Positions 19,358 through 28,977 of a stretch of 64,000 nt of DNA are shown one piece after another. The translations under genes and the position numbers were made by a program. Source of the DNA: a bacterium (GTDB taxonomy: Bacteria; Patescibacteriota; Saccharimonadia; Saccharimonadales; DATKHC01); contig JAJXXC010000008.1 in assembly GCA_021781215.1 (NCBI GenBank), forward strand, positions 6,965 to 70,964, in the 5' to 3' direction. The notes under the pieces were generated by a model. It was not told the origin of the DNA, searched no databases, and was given only the letters and a program-made list of their open reading frames with translations. The stretch's first letter is position 1. Each line of letters opens with the position of its first letter.

Positions 19358-20497
19358 TTATAACTTCAATAACACTTTTGCAATCTGCATAGCTGCATCT
19401 GAAACCGCCAGCTTACTAATATTATCAGATAATTCATTTGAAAGATTCTTATTGTCTAATACACTGATTATTGCATTGAATAGGGTGCTAGGATCTTTAA
19501 TAAGTTGAGCCTCCTGAATAATAATTCCAGCATTATTATTTAATATTTCCTGGCTATTAATCAATTGATGACCGCCAGTTAGATTCGGATTAGGAATAAC
19601 TATTATCGGTTTACCCTGTATAGCCAGTTCCGCCAGAGATGTTGCAGATGCGCGTGTAATAACAATGTCAGCAGCAGCTGAATACTGATACATACCGTCT
19701 ATAAATTCACTAACCCTGGTATGGTCATCAATATCTGTATCACCATAAACATTTAGCTTGCCGCTCCCAACTTGATGAACGATATATATGCCCCTATATC
19801 GATCAAGTATCTTTTTATATATAGAAACGAATGCCTTATTAATTTCATTAGCGCCTAGGCTGCCTCCAGTTATAAAAATCATTTTAGACTCTACTGGGAC
19901 TTTAAGAATATTTCTAAAATTATCTCTGCTCTTTTGATCGACAAAACTATACTTATCAGACACTGGTACTCCTACTCTAATTAGCTTGTGGCCTTTGTAT
20001 TTATAGAATATAGGATTCGAACCAGTCATATTATAAATACCCCACCTACCTACCAAACTATTAGTGAGGCTTGCCTTAGCATCAGAATCATGTGTAATAA
20101 AAGGTATCCTTAGTAAACTGGCCGCGAAACCAATAGGAAGTCCTACATATCCTCCCTTGAGCAGTATTGCGTTTGGTCTATATCTACTTAATAGATAAAC
20201 GCTCTCAAAAAATCCAATTCCAACAAATAATAAATCTCTAGTATTTAGTAGGTTTGTTTTGTAATCCAAAAATCGCTCTACCCACGATTGTTTATGGTAT
20301 CTCCTTAGTTTGCCGGCATGTACTCTAAAAATATAATCAATATTTTTATTATTGTTCACTAGTCCAGTAAATTTACTACCACTTTCACCTACATAACTAA
20401 CTTCCGTATTTGGTGATATTTTCTTTATCTCATGAGCGATGGCCAGGATAGGCGTTATGTGTCCGCCTGTACCCCCGCCGCAAAGCAGAATTTTCAT
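19358..20497 (-). CDS. murG: Lipid II GlcNAc transferase MurG
   Basis: GGGTGGH, KGGYV, GGSLGA, HQ..N motifs. Confidence 0.95.
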   Translation of the reverse strand: MKILLCGGGTGGHITPILAIAHEIKKISPNTEVSYVGESGSKFTGLVNNNKNIDYIFRVHAGKLRRYHKQSWVERFLDYKTNLLNTRDLLFVGIGFFESVYLLSRYRPNAILLKGGYVGLPIGFAASLLRIPFITHDSDAKASLTNSLVGRWGIYNMTGSNPIFYKYKGHKLIRVGVPVSDKYSFVDQKSRDNFRNILKVPVESKMIFITGGSLGANEINKAFVSIYKKILDRYRGIYIVHQVGSGKLNVYGDTDIDDHTRVSEFIDGMYQYSAAADIVITRASATSLAELAIQGKPIIVIPNPNLTGGHQLINSQEILNNNAGIIIQEAQLIKDPSTLFNAIISVLDNKNLSNELSDNISKLAVSDAAMQIAKVLLKL

Positions 20498-21698
20498 TAT
20501 TAGCTCCTATTGTTGTCTCTTCATTATATATTGAATTTGAAGTAGTGTAATAAGAAATATTAAACACAACGCCAATCGCTAACATAGCAAATACTATACT
20601 AGTTCCACCGTAACTCATTAAGGGTAATGTGATACCCTTAAGCGGGAGTAGCCCTACCATAGCCCCTATATTAATCATAGTTTGAACCGATAGCCATGCC
20701 AATACCCCAGTAGCGATAAATCTAGTGTAGTTATTCGGCGCCTTTTCCATAATATCTTTTATTCGTTTGAATAACGCAAAAAAGATACAAACTAATATAG
20801 TCGTCCCTATAAAACCAAATTGTTCGGCATATGCCGCAAAAATAGTATCATTATCGCTTTCTGGTAAATACCCATTTACTTGCACTCCCCGAGCAAGTCC
20901 CTTGCCCGCTACTCCACCAGACCCAACCGCAATAATTGCTTGACATGCCTGCCAGCCAGTACTAGTCGATTGACAATTTTGAGTTGGATGCAAAAACGTT
21001 AATAATCGATTTTTTCGATAACTACTGCTAGATATAGCAATAATACCTATCAATAAAATAGCTATCGTGATATACATTAATTTTTTAATTGGTACCCCGG
21101 CGACCACAGCCACGGCTGACATCATAATTATTATAACCACTGTCGAACCTAAATCGCTTTGTAGGCCAGCAACAATAACCCCAATTATAATAAATGCATA
21201 TATCAAAGGCTTAATATTTTTATTTAAACTCGAAATTCCACCCTCTCTAATTATTTTGGCAAAAAATCCTGCAATCCAGATTAAAACAGTAAATTTTACT
21301 AACTCTACTGGCTGAAAAGAAATTCCCCCAAATTGGATCCATCTATAAGCACCATTAACTCGTATACCAACTACCCTAACAGCCAAGGAAACAATAATAG
21401 AAACGATTATTAAGGGTGTTAGATATTTCTTCCAGAGATCAATTGAAACTATTGCGCTAAAACTAAAACCTATTAAACCTATTATTATTGCTATAGATTG
21501 TTTTACAACGTAATAATTGTTAGACACATTAGTAGATCTAGTTAAGCCGGGACTTATAGCGAATATAGTAATCAAACCTATGGCTAAAAGTGCTGCGCAT
21601 AATATCAACAACACATAGTCTGGCCGATGTCTCCTAAGACCTTTTAAGGAATCTGGCTGATCTATAGTCTTATGTCTAATCCCTTGATTGGGATTCAT
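20430..21698 (-). CDS. ftsW: SEDS peptidoglycan glycosyltransferase FtsW
   Basis: GAYRW, FQPVELVK, Q.DLG, LPE..NDTIF, GITLPLMSYGG; start at ATG overlapping the mraY stop (ATGA). Confidence 0.93.
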   Translation of the reverse strand: MNPNQGIRHKTIDQPDSLKGLRRHRPDYVLLILCAALLAIGLITIFAISPGLTRSTNVSNNYYVVKQSIAIIIGLIGFSFSAIVSIDLWKKYLTPLIIVSIIVSLAVRVVGIRVNGAYRWIQFGGISFQPVELVKFTVLIWIAGFFAKIIREGGISSLNKNIKPLIYAFIIIGVIVAGLQSDLGSTVVIIIMMSAVAVVAGVPIKKLMYITIAILLIGIIAISSSSYRKNRLLTFLHPTQNCQSTSTGWQACQAIIAVGSGGVAGKGLARGVQVNGYLPESDNDTIFAAYAEQFGFIGTTILVCIFFALFKRIKDIMEKAPNNYTRFIATGVLAWLSVQTMINIGAMVGLLPLKGITLPLMSYGGTSIVFAMLAIGVVFNISYYTTSNSIYNEETTIGANNENSALRRGYRRTHNAYPGHRS

Positions 21699-22735
21699 AA
21701 AGCTATCCTTAATAGAAAAAGTGCTATTCCGGCTGTTGCACCTATCTGCCCGATTAACCAAAACCTCATAGTTACTTTTGTCTCCGGCCAACCGATAGCT
21801 TCAAAATGATGATGTACTGGTGACGAAAGGAATACCTTCTTCCCCTTTCTAAGTTTTTTAGATAATCTATTGATAATTACAGATCCAGTCTCGGCTAAAT
21901 AAACTATACCTATAACTGGTAATATATAAATTGTATTCGTCAACATAGCGACAACGCCTAGAGCCGTTCCCAGACCAAATGCACCCACATCCCCCATGAA
22001 GAATCTTGCAGGAAAAATATTAAACCAAGTATAGCTAATTAATGCCCCTGCAATTGATATACAAAATGCTGCTAAATTATATTTATTCTCGAATATGCAT
22101 ATGATTGAATAGGCCGTAAATGAGGTCGTTAATAGCCCACCTGCAAGACCATCAAGGCCATCCGTTATATTTACAGCATTTGCCGTCGCAATAACTACTA
22201 GCCAAAAAATTAATACGATAAAAATTCCTACGTGCACATTGCCCAAGCCTGGTATATATAAATAGTTAACACCTAATTTATAGAAAAACCACCATCCACC
22301 AACCAGGGCTACAGCACTGTGAAGAATAAATTTTAGCTTTGATCTCATTCCCGCAATTCCTTTATCACTGCCTCGAATATTGATAACATCATCTACTAAA
22401 CCAATAAAACCAGAGCCCACCATTGCAGCTAATGGAAGCCAAGTTTGAGTACGATCAAGATTATAAAATATAGTTACGAGCACTACAGCAGTTATAAATA
22501 TAAGACCCGCCATGGTTGGTACATGTCTTTTGTGTTTCTCTGCATGCAATTTGTTGTAGACTACTGCTTTTTCGCCAGTCCACGATTCCGTCCTTTGCCT
22601 TTTCCACCACTGTTTTTTATAAGCAATACGAGTATACATTGGAGTTATAATCATACTGATCATAAAACTTAAAATTCCTAAGCCAATAATCCTTGCCGCA
22701 GCATGTGATGTGATATCTAGAGCAATATAAGTCAT
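21695..22735 (-). CDS. mraY: Phospho-N-acetylmuramoyl-pentapeptide transferase
   Basis: PTMAG, DD, NAVNITDGLDGL, FMGDVG, PVHHHFE. Confidence 0.97.
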   Translation of the reverse strand: MTYIALDITSHAAARIIGLGILSFMISMIITPMYTRIAYKKQWWKRQRTESWTGEKAVVYNKLHAEKHKRHVPTMAGLIFITAVVLVTIFYNLDRTQTWLPLAAMVGSGFIGLVDDVINIRGSDKGIAGMRSKLKFILHSAVALVGGWWFFYKLGVNYLYIPGLGNVHVGIFIVLIFWLVVIATANAVNITDGLDGLAGGLLTTSFTAYSIICIFENKYNLAAFCISIAGALISYTWFNIFPARFFMGDVGAFGLGTALGVVAMLTNTIYILPVIGIVYLAETGSVIINRLSKKLRKGKKVFLSSPVHHHFEAIGWPETKVTMRFWLIGQIGATAGIALFLLRIAL

Positions 22736-22770
22736 GGTTAATTGTTACATTATACCTTAAAAAATTAAAT

Positions 22771-23118
22771 CTAGTTTTTAGCAACTGCTGCTGGCGTTAC
22801 TGTTGCTAATTGTTGTGTTACAGGACTGTTTGCTACTCTCTCTATAGACTGCAACCTAGTAGAATCAACCTCTAGTTGATCGTGTTGGGTTTGTAATTGA
22901 GCTTGTTGTGTTTCGAGAGAGTTAATTTGATAACTAAATGTATTCGTTTTGGTAACTTGGGTTAAATATAGTAACCCTAGTAAGCATGCCAAAACAATTA
23001 GAATTATCGTATTGCTTACTGGCCCTAAAGTCTTAGCCCTCTCATGGAAAGCTGTTGAGTTTTGGTTTCTGGTCGAGTATTTTTGTCGACTACTGGCAAT
23101 TGAATTTGAGTATGTCAT
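22771..23118 (-). CDS. ftsL: FtsL-like cell division protein
   Basis: TM, coiled coil, then LQSIERVA; position after rsmH; AAGGA SD. Confidence 0.7.
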   Translation of the reverse strand: MTYSNSIASSRQKYSTRNQNSTAFHERAKTLGPVSNTIILIVLACLLGLLYLTQVTKTNTFSYQINSLETQQAQLQTQHDQLEVDSTRLQSIERVANSPVTQQLATVTPAAVAKN

Positions 23119-23193
23119 TTTTAATTCCTTTCTTTATTTTTATTCCCCCATCTACGCCCTAATTGGCGTAGATGAGAGTAGATATATAAAGCT

Positions 23194-23253
23194 TTATCCT
23201 ATTCGGACTTTTACTTTATATGCTCTGGAGAGGTTTTTAACCTGTATAGGCAT
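23194..23253 (-). CDS. Candidate small ORF MPIQVKNLSRAYKVKVRIG (19 aa)
   Basis: Preceded by AAGAAAGGAGGGG-cta-ATG inside the 3' end of rsmH. Confidence 0.45.
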   Translation of the reverse strand: MPIQVKNLSRAYKVKVRIG

Positions 23254-24163
23254 TAGCCCCTCCTTTCTTTATTTTTATTTTTGCAACGGCTCGTAGTTTA
23301 GCACTACGTGCACGCGGATTGATAGCTATTTCAGTCTTACCGGCTATAACTGGATTCTTAGTCAGCAAGTTCATAGTAGAGTCGTAATTGGCTGATGCAT
23401 TTTTCTTGAAGTAATTTTTAACCATTCTATCTTCAAGACTATGAAAACTTATAACTGCTAACCTACCTTCTGGTTTTAATAACTTTCCCCAGATGGGCAG
23501 ACTTGCCTCTAATTGCCCCAGCTCATCGTTAACTAAGATTCTTATTGCTTGGAATGTTTTAGTAGCAGGATGAGTTTTGGTATAGCCAGGCCACGCCTTT
23601 TTTACTATTTGAGCTAATTGCAGAGTACTTTTGATTGGCCTATTCTCTATAATAAGCCTAGCAATTCTCTGCGACTTAGGGTCTTCACCATACTCTTTAA
23701 TTAATTGAGCTAATTTATGTTGGTTATATTTATTAACCACGTAATCAGCTGTTAACTCTTGAGTTTGATCCATTCTCATATCCAATTTATTGTCGGATAA
23801 GAAACTGAATCCCCTATTAGCCTCGTTAAGGTGCAGTGACGATACCCCTAGATCTACCAATATAAGATCATACCTACGGTTTGCATTTTGTAAATTTATA
23901 GAGGCTGCTAAGAAATCACTATGAATAATCTCACAGCTCTTACTCTTAAACTTATCTCTTAGGTACGTAATTGCTTCTAAATCACGATCTACGAGCGTTA
24001 TCTCAGAGCTCTTAGTTCTTTCTATAATCCTCTCTGCGTGCCCGCCATATCCTGCAGTCAAATCTAAATACGAATTACCTAACTGTGGATCAAGATATTC
24101 AAGCACTTCATCGAGAAGAACCGGTGTATGTATATTGTTAATTTCTTGGTGTATTTTTTTCAT
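23237..24163 (-). CDS. rsmH: 16S rRNA m4C1402 methyltransferase RsmH
   Basis: HTPVLL, DLTAGYGGH, DLGVSS, LDMRMD, FQAIRI.VN.EL, ISFHSLEDR, NPRARSAKLR. Confidence 0.97.
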   Translation of the reverse strand: MKKIHQEINNIHTPVLLDEVLEYLDPQLGNSYLDLTAGYGGHAERIIERTKSSEITLVDRDLEAITYLRDKFKSKSCEIIHSDFLAASINLQNANRRYDLILVDLGVSSLHLNEANRGFSFLSDNKLDMRMDQTQELTADYVVNKYNQHKLAQLIKEYGEDPKSQRIARLIIENRPIKSTLQLAQIVKKAWPGYTKTHPATKTFQAIRILVNDELGQLEASLPIWGKLLKPEGRLAVISFHSLEDRMVKNYFKKNASANYDSTMNLLTKNPVIAGKTEIAINPRARSAKLRAVAKIKIKKGGANAYTG

Positions 24164-24187
24164 GCGTTTTTGTTTTTGCAAGGCCAC

Positions 24188-24396
24188 CTATTCAGCAGTC
24201 AACTTTTTGTTTTTGTTGGATTTTTGTTTTTGTTGTTCGATAAATAAATAATGAAGAACTTTACGAAGAATATCCTTCAATTATTATCGAAACTGAGACT
24301 TTTTGTGTGAGGTGGAGTTTTGGGAGGTTTTTCATACAAAGTACTAGGGTTTTTAAGATGGTTGCCCTAAAATTCCATCTGTTGACTGCCAAATAG
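24188..24396 (-). ncRNA. Candidate cis-regulatory structured RNA between mraZ and rsmH
   Basis: 16-bp closing stem with two G-U pairs on the minus strand, three internal hairpins, possible pseudoknot. Confidence 0.55.
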
Positions 24397-24457
24397 CTAT
24401 TCTCGAGACTATTTTTGTTTTTAATTATTAATGTACCTGCAAAGAAGCTACTGGATT

Positions 24458-24817
24458 TTAACCTGCGGTTAATCGCCAATATTTTCCCGCACGAACTGCA
24501 ACAATATCCTTGTCTATAGATGCATAATCAAGTAGGTGTTGTTCGATAACAATACGCCCTTGTTTATCATCAAGATTTTGTTCAGTCTTACCGGTCCTAA
24601 GCTTAACATTTAGGTCTGCTATACCTTCATCTAATATATTGCCTGTTAATGCTGGTTCTACCAACTCGTTCCAAACCGACAACGTATACAGATGTAGGTA
24701 ATTTTTAAAACCTCTTGTAACTATTGCGCCATGACTAAACTCTTCGCGTAGCTCGGATGGTATTGTTAACCTCCTTTTTTCATCTAGCTTTCTTTCGAAG
24801 TAATCTGTTATGGCCAT
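24458..24817 (-). CDS. mraZ: Division/cell wall cluster regulator MraZ (short form, 119 aa)
   Basis: Two AbrB-like repeats, LDEKRRLTIP and DDKQGRIVI; first gene of the dcw cluster. Confidence 0.88.
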   Translation of the reverse strand: MAITDYFERKLDEKRRLTIPSELREEFSHGAIVTRGFKNYLHLYTLSVWNELVEPALTGNILDEGIADLNVKLRTGKTEQNLDDKQGRIVIEQHLLDYASIDKDIVAVRAGKYWRLTAG

Positions 24818-24872
24818 ATTATATTTTTTAGTGGTGTTTTTATTTTTTATATAAGTAATTCTTATTGAGTTA

Positions 24873-24918
24873 CCCACTTTTACCCACTGAATTGATAATA
24901 CAGTTAGCAATCACCCAC
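24873..24918 (-). promoter_or_regulatory. Probable MraZ-binding repeats
   Basis: Minus strand GTGGG at 24883-24887 and 24873-24877 (10-bp period) plus 24914-24918, upstream of mraZ. Confidence 0.6.
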
Positions 24919-25006
24919 TGCAAGTATAAAAAAAGGAAAACTACACTTTTAATGCGCAGTTTTCCACAGGTATGATTTATACACCATATACAGTGTCTAG
25001 GTTCGA

Positions 25007-25540
25007 CTATTGTCCGCTAGTATATATCCCCTGTTTAGCTTCAGCGTTTGCTAGTTCAATTGCTCCAGCCGTTGCGGGCACAATAAATTCTTGTCCGGGA
25101 GTAACAATAGTCCTATCCACTATCGTCTCATTTGGACTTTGGTTATTGATTAGCGTATTTGCCACTACATTCATGTCACCATTTTTCGGTGTAATAATTT
25201 CAGCGATGTTAGAGTAGCTATTTGGTAATGGAAGGATTGAATTTTTAAACGGTATATCATCTACAAATACTTCTACTAAACTTCCATTTCTTATTGCTTC
25301 TCTGGCCTGGTGTGACTTTGCTAGAAACGTTTCTGCACTTTGCCCGTGAAAATTTGGCATTTCAGCGGTTACTGCAGCAGTAGCACTATTAACAGCTCCA
25401 TCTATAGTGCCAACCTCATACGCACCAACAGCTAGGGTTGCTAATAATCCTATGGTCATAGCCTTTTTTAAGGAATACCTAGACTCATGCCTTGCAATTG
25501 GTACGGCAATTGATCTTTTTATATTTTCTTTACTTTTCAT
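25007..25540 (-). CDS. Hypothetical exported/membrane-anchored protein
   Basis: Hydrophobic segment after a basic N-terminus; has its own consensus promoter. Confidence 0.6.
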   Translation of the reverse strand: MKSKENIKRSIAVPIARHESRYSLKKAMTIGLLATLAVGAYEVGTIDGAVNSATAAVTAEMPNFHGQSAETFLAKSHQAREAIRNGSLVEVFVDDIPFKNSILPLPNSYSNIAEIITPKNGDMNVVANTLINNQSPNETIVDRTIVTPGQEFIVPATAGAIELANAEAKQGIYTSGQ

Positions 25541-25546
25541 AGTAAT

Positions 25547-25575
25547 ACTATAGCAAACATTAGCGTTATTGTCAA
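25547..25575 (-). promoter_or_regulatory. sigma70-type promoter, leaderless configuration
   Basis: TTGACA-17nt-TATAGT-6nt-ATG. Confidence 0.75.
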
Positions 25576-26859
25576 CTATAAGTTAGTACCCTGCTGCGGT
25601 GCAGGCTTACATTTTCTTATGAGATCCGCATATACATACGCACTCTTCCTTACGGTTCTACTCATGTCTTTTCTATTAACTTCTATTAATCCAAATTTTG
25701 GGCACCATCCATCAGCCCACTCAAAATTATCCAACAAGCTCCAGTGTAGGTAGCCAAACACATCAGTCCCTTCACTCTTAACCTTTCTTAAGGCATCAAC
25801 CGTTTGTTCAAGCCACCACTCTCTGTATTGATCTTTAGAGTCTGCTAAACCATTTTCACTGACGATTATCGGCTTTTTGTATTTTTCCCAAATATTTTCG
25901 ATCGCAACAGATATTGATGCAGGATCCATATGCCACCCAAGGTCATTTAGAGGCTCTGGATTATATCCTGTAACTGGATTGTCTATTTTACCTTTTTCAA
26001 TGTAACTCATGAAATAATAGTTAATTCCTATGAAGTCTAGTTCTTTTCGTATTCTGTTTAAAAACCATTTGTTCCAAAAATAATCAGAAAATTTAGCAAT
26101 AATTTTATTAATTAGATTATTGTTTAAGGTTTTGAAGTTTGTTATATTTGCTGCAATACCTACATCGACCGATGGTTTTTTAGATTTAATATTTTTATAT
26201 CCAATTTTGTGAGATCTAATAAGGTTTAATAATACTTTCATAGCCTTGTATATGTTCTTATTGCCGGGTGGCCATTGACCATACACATAGCTCATTGATG
26301 TATACACAATAGGTTCATTTAATATAATAACAAAATTAATTTCGTCCAATAACTCATCCGCAATCTTTTTAGTAAATCTATCAAAATATTTTAAATTTTT
26401 TCTTTTAGTAAACCCACCGGCTTCAGAGAACCAAATCGGTTCTGATGTATGCCAAATATTTAAAAAAGGTTCCAGTCCTCTCTTGCGCATTTCCAAAATA
26501 TACCTTTTGTAATGCCCAATTTCCTTTTGGTCCCATTCTCCATTTTTTGGTTCTATCCTAGACCACTCAATGCTGAACCTCAGACTATTCAAATTTAACT
26601 TTGAGGCTAAGTTAAAATCTTCTTCAAAACGATTATAATGGTCTACCCCACTTCCTGAAATATAATTATTTGGATCCGTAGCCTGTACTTTAATGTCCTT
26701 CCAATTTTTTAAATACCCATACTTTTTTTCTGCTTCATTTGCCAATCTAATAGAATTCATTTTTTCCCATTCAGTCCATTGGTTGTAGTTGCCACCCTCG
26801 ACTTGATGCGAGGCTGTACTAGCACCCCAATAAAAGACTTTTTTTATAGGTTCTATCAT
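25576..26859 (-). CDS. Glycoside hydrolase family 1 (beta-glucosidase-like)
   Basis: WGASTASHQVEG, RFSIEWSRIEP, NEP (acid/base), ENG (nucleophile), WSLLDNFEW. Confidence 0.95.
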   Translation of the reverse strand: MIEPIKKVFYWGASTASHQVEGGNYNQWTEWEKMNSIRLANEAEKKYGYLKNWKDIKVQATDPNNYISGSGVDHYNRFEEDFNLASKLNLNSLRFSIEWSRIEPKNGEWDQKEIGHYKRYILEMRKRGLEPFLNIWHTSEPIWFSEAGGFTKRKNLKYFDRFTKKIADELLDEINFVIILNEPIVYTSMSYVYGQWPPGNKNIYKAMKVLLNLIRSHKIGYKNIKSKKPSVDVGIAANITNFKTLNNNLINKIIAKFSDYFWNKWFLNRIRKELDFIGINYYFMSYIEKGKIDNPVTGYNPEPLNDLGWHMDPASISVAIENIWEKYKKPIIVSENGLADSKDQYREWWLEQTVDALRKVKSEGTDVFGYLHWSLLDNFEWADGWCPKFGLIEVNRKDMSRTVRKSAYVYADLIRKCKPAPQQGTNL

Positions 26860-28229
26860 AAAACAATACTATTTTTTACTAGTTCGAGAACTGCGTCTAT
26901 ACTGAGTCGCTTTTGTTTTGTAGTATCACGATCCCTAATAGTTACAGTGCCATCGGACAGGCTATCGTAATCAATCGTTATACAGAACGGAGTCCCAACC
27001 TCATCTTGCTTTCGATATCTCTTGCCGATATTTCCGCTATCGTCCCAGGCTACAAACTTTAATTCTTTCTTAAAATGTTTATATATCTTCCTAGCAAGTT
27101 CGACAATTTCAGGTTTATTTTTCAAAAGCGGGAAGACGGCAACTTTTACTGGAGCAAGATAATTTGGTAATGATAAATACACTCTTTTCTCACCATTAAT
27201 CTCATCTTCACGATAACTCTCAGCCAAAACCGCTAAAAGATTTCTGTCTAACCCAAAGGTTGGCTCTATAACATGAGGAACTAGCCTTTCAGTAGTACCT
27301 TTCACTATATATTCCATATTCTTTCCTGAAAGGGTCTGGTGATTCTTCAAGTCGAAATCTGATCTATACGCTATGCCACCAACCTCCTTAAATCCTATAG
27401 AAAAATTATATTCAAAATCAATAGTCCGCTTACTATAATGCGCTCTTTCCTCTGCGCCTATTTCTTTTATTCTTATATTGTCCTTTGATAGTTTTAGCTT
27501 ATTGAAGTACCAATCTTTTGTGCCATTTAATAAAATTTCAAAATGTTTTTCCCAATTATCTGGCTTAATAAAATACTCGAATTCCATTATTTCAAATTCG
27601 CGAGATCGAAAAATATAGTCTCTAGGGCTAATTTCATTTCGAAAGTTTCTTCCAATTTGTGCTATGCCAAAAGGTAGGTCTGGATAAAAACTATCTACAA
27701 TATTCTTATAATTGAGAAAAGTACCCTGTGCAGTTTCTGGTCTTAAATAAGTTGTTGAAGCGCTTCCCGTCTCGGGCCCAACATTAGTTCTAAACATCAA
27801 ATTAAAATTCGATGCCTTGCCTAATTTATTCCCTTCTGGGCTTTTGATAGATTTGTCTTCAACAGCTTTTAGCATCTGCACCAAGGTAAGTCCATCTGAA
27901 CTAATACCGTTGTCTTCAAGCAAATGATCTAGCCTATATTGTTTCTTAGTAACAACGTCTTCAATAACTTGATCACTGAATGTTGCGACATGCCCACTTG
28001 CTTCCCAAACCTTCTGATTCATAATTATAGTAGAATCTAAGCCATAAATATTATCAGTATCTTCAACAAAAGTTTGCCACCATAAATTGACAATATTTCT
28101 CTTTAGCGAAATTCCTAGTGGTCCATAATCCCAGGTTCCGGCCATTCCACCGTAAAGTTCTGAGCCTTGATATATAAAGCCACGTCTTTTACATAAGCTG
28201 GCAAGTGTTTCTAGCGATACCTTTTGCAT
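26856..28229 (-). CDS. glyQS: Glycine--tRNA ligase (alpha2, GlyQS type)
   Basis: CKRRGF, YLRPETAQG, FRNEISPR, VIEPTFG, GKRYRKQDEVGTP. Confidence 0.97.
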   Translation of the reverse strand: MQKVSLETLASLCKRRGFIYQGSELYGGMAGTWDYGPLGISLKRNIVNLWWQTFVEDTDNIYGLDSTIIMNQKVWEASGHVATFSDQVIEDVVTKKQYRLDHLLEDNGISSDGLTLVQMLKAVEDKSIKSPEGNKLGKASNFNLMFRTNVGPETGSASTTYLRPETAQGTFLNYKNIVDSFYPDLPFGIAQIGRNFRNEISPRDYIFRSREFEIMEFEYFIKPDNWEKHFEILLNGTKDWYFNKLKLSKDNIRIKEIGAEERAHYSKRTIDFEYNFSIGFKEVGGIAYRSDFDLKNHQTLSGKNMEYIVKGTTERLVPHVIEPTFGLDRNLLAVLAESYREDEINGEKRVYLSLPNYLAPVKVAVFPLLKNKPEIVELARKIYKHFKKELKFVAWDDSGNIGKRYRKQDEVGTPFCITIDYDSLSDGTVTIRDRDTTKQKRLSIDAVLELVKNSIVL

Positions 28230-28296
28230 ATTTATATTCTATCCTTAATTTGAATTATATATAAACTCTTCTCAAGAGTACAGCAATAATTATTTA

Positions 28297-28977
28297 TTAA
28301 TATTCAAAACCGTTGCTTCTCATTATTAATGGCAATAAATCAGATAATCTTTCGAGCGTAGGGTTGTTGGAATGGATTTTTGATAAGAGCACTGGGCTAT
28401 GGGATATAGCTAATCTTAAAAATTTTATATCATTTTTGGTATATTTACCACTGTCATTAGATATAAACTCCATACTATCCATATTAAAATCAAATCCCAA
28501 CACATTATCAGATACAGTTTTAACTTCTAGATTTGGTTGGTGCCCTGTAAGTGCTAAGAAATTTAGTACAAACCATACTTCGACTATCCTTACATCGATT
28601 GCTTTATTAAGGTCTATGTAGGATTCTCTCACAAGATTATAAAACTCGCCACCTGAGCCAGATTCTAGGTGTCTATTTATTAATTTTATGATTCTATACG
28701 CAGCATTAGTTATTGATAAATCTTTTACAATATTCCCATAGTTACTAATTAGCCTAGCAGACATGAGATTGCCTATATCTCCCCTGCCATTTATAAAAGT
28801 TAACTGAGACTCACCAAATAATTCTATACTGCCGGCAAGTTTTGATTTTTGTTTTCTAGTCCCCTTAGCTATTAATGAAATCTTTCCCATGTCAGGGGTA
28901 ATGTAGGTTATAATCCTGTCTGCCTCACCATAATTTATCCGTCTTAGTACTATTCCTGTAGTTACTATTCTATTCAT
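28297..28977 (-). CDS. recO: DNA repair protein RecO
   Basis: GIVLRRINYGEADRI..IAKG.RK.KSKL N-terminal OB fold; G.QP. Confidence 0.92.
   Translation of the reverse strand: MNRIVTTGIVLRRINYGEADRIITYITPDMGKISLIAKGTRKQKSKLAGSIELFGESQLTFINGRGDIGNLMSARLISNYGNIVKDLSITNAAYRIIKLINRHLESGSGGEFYNLVRESYIDLNKAIDVRIVEVWFVLNFLALTGHQPNLEVKTVSDNVLGFDFNMDSMEFISNDSGKYTKNDIKFLRLAISHSPVLLSKIHSNNPTLERLSDLLPLIMRSNGFEY

Noticed and set aside
24261..24479. 72-aa ORF between mraZ and rsmH
   Set aside because: TTG start inside mraZ, no motif; the region is better explained by RNA structure and simple repeats
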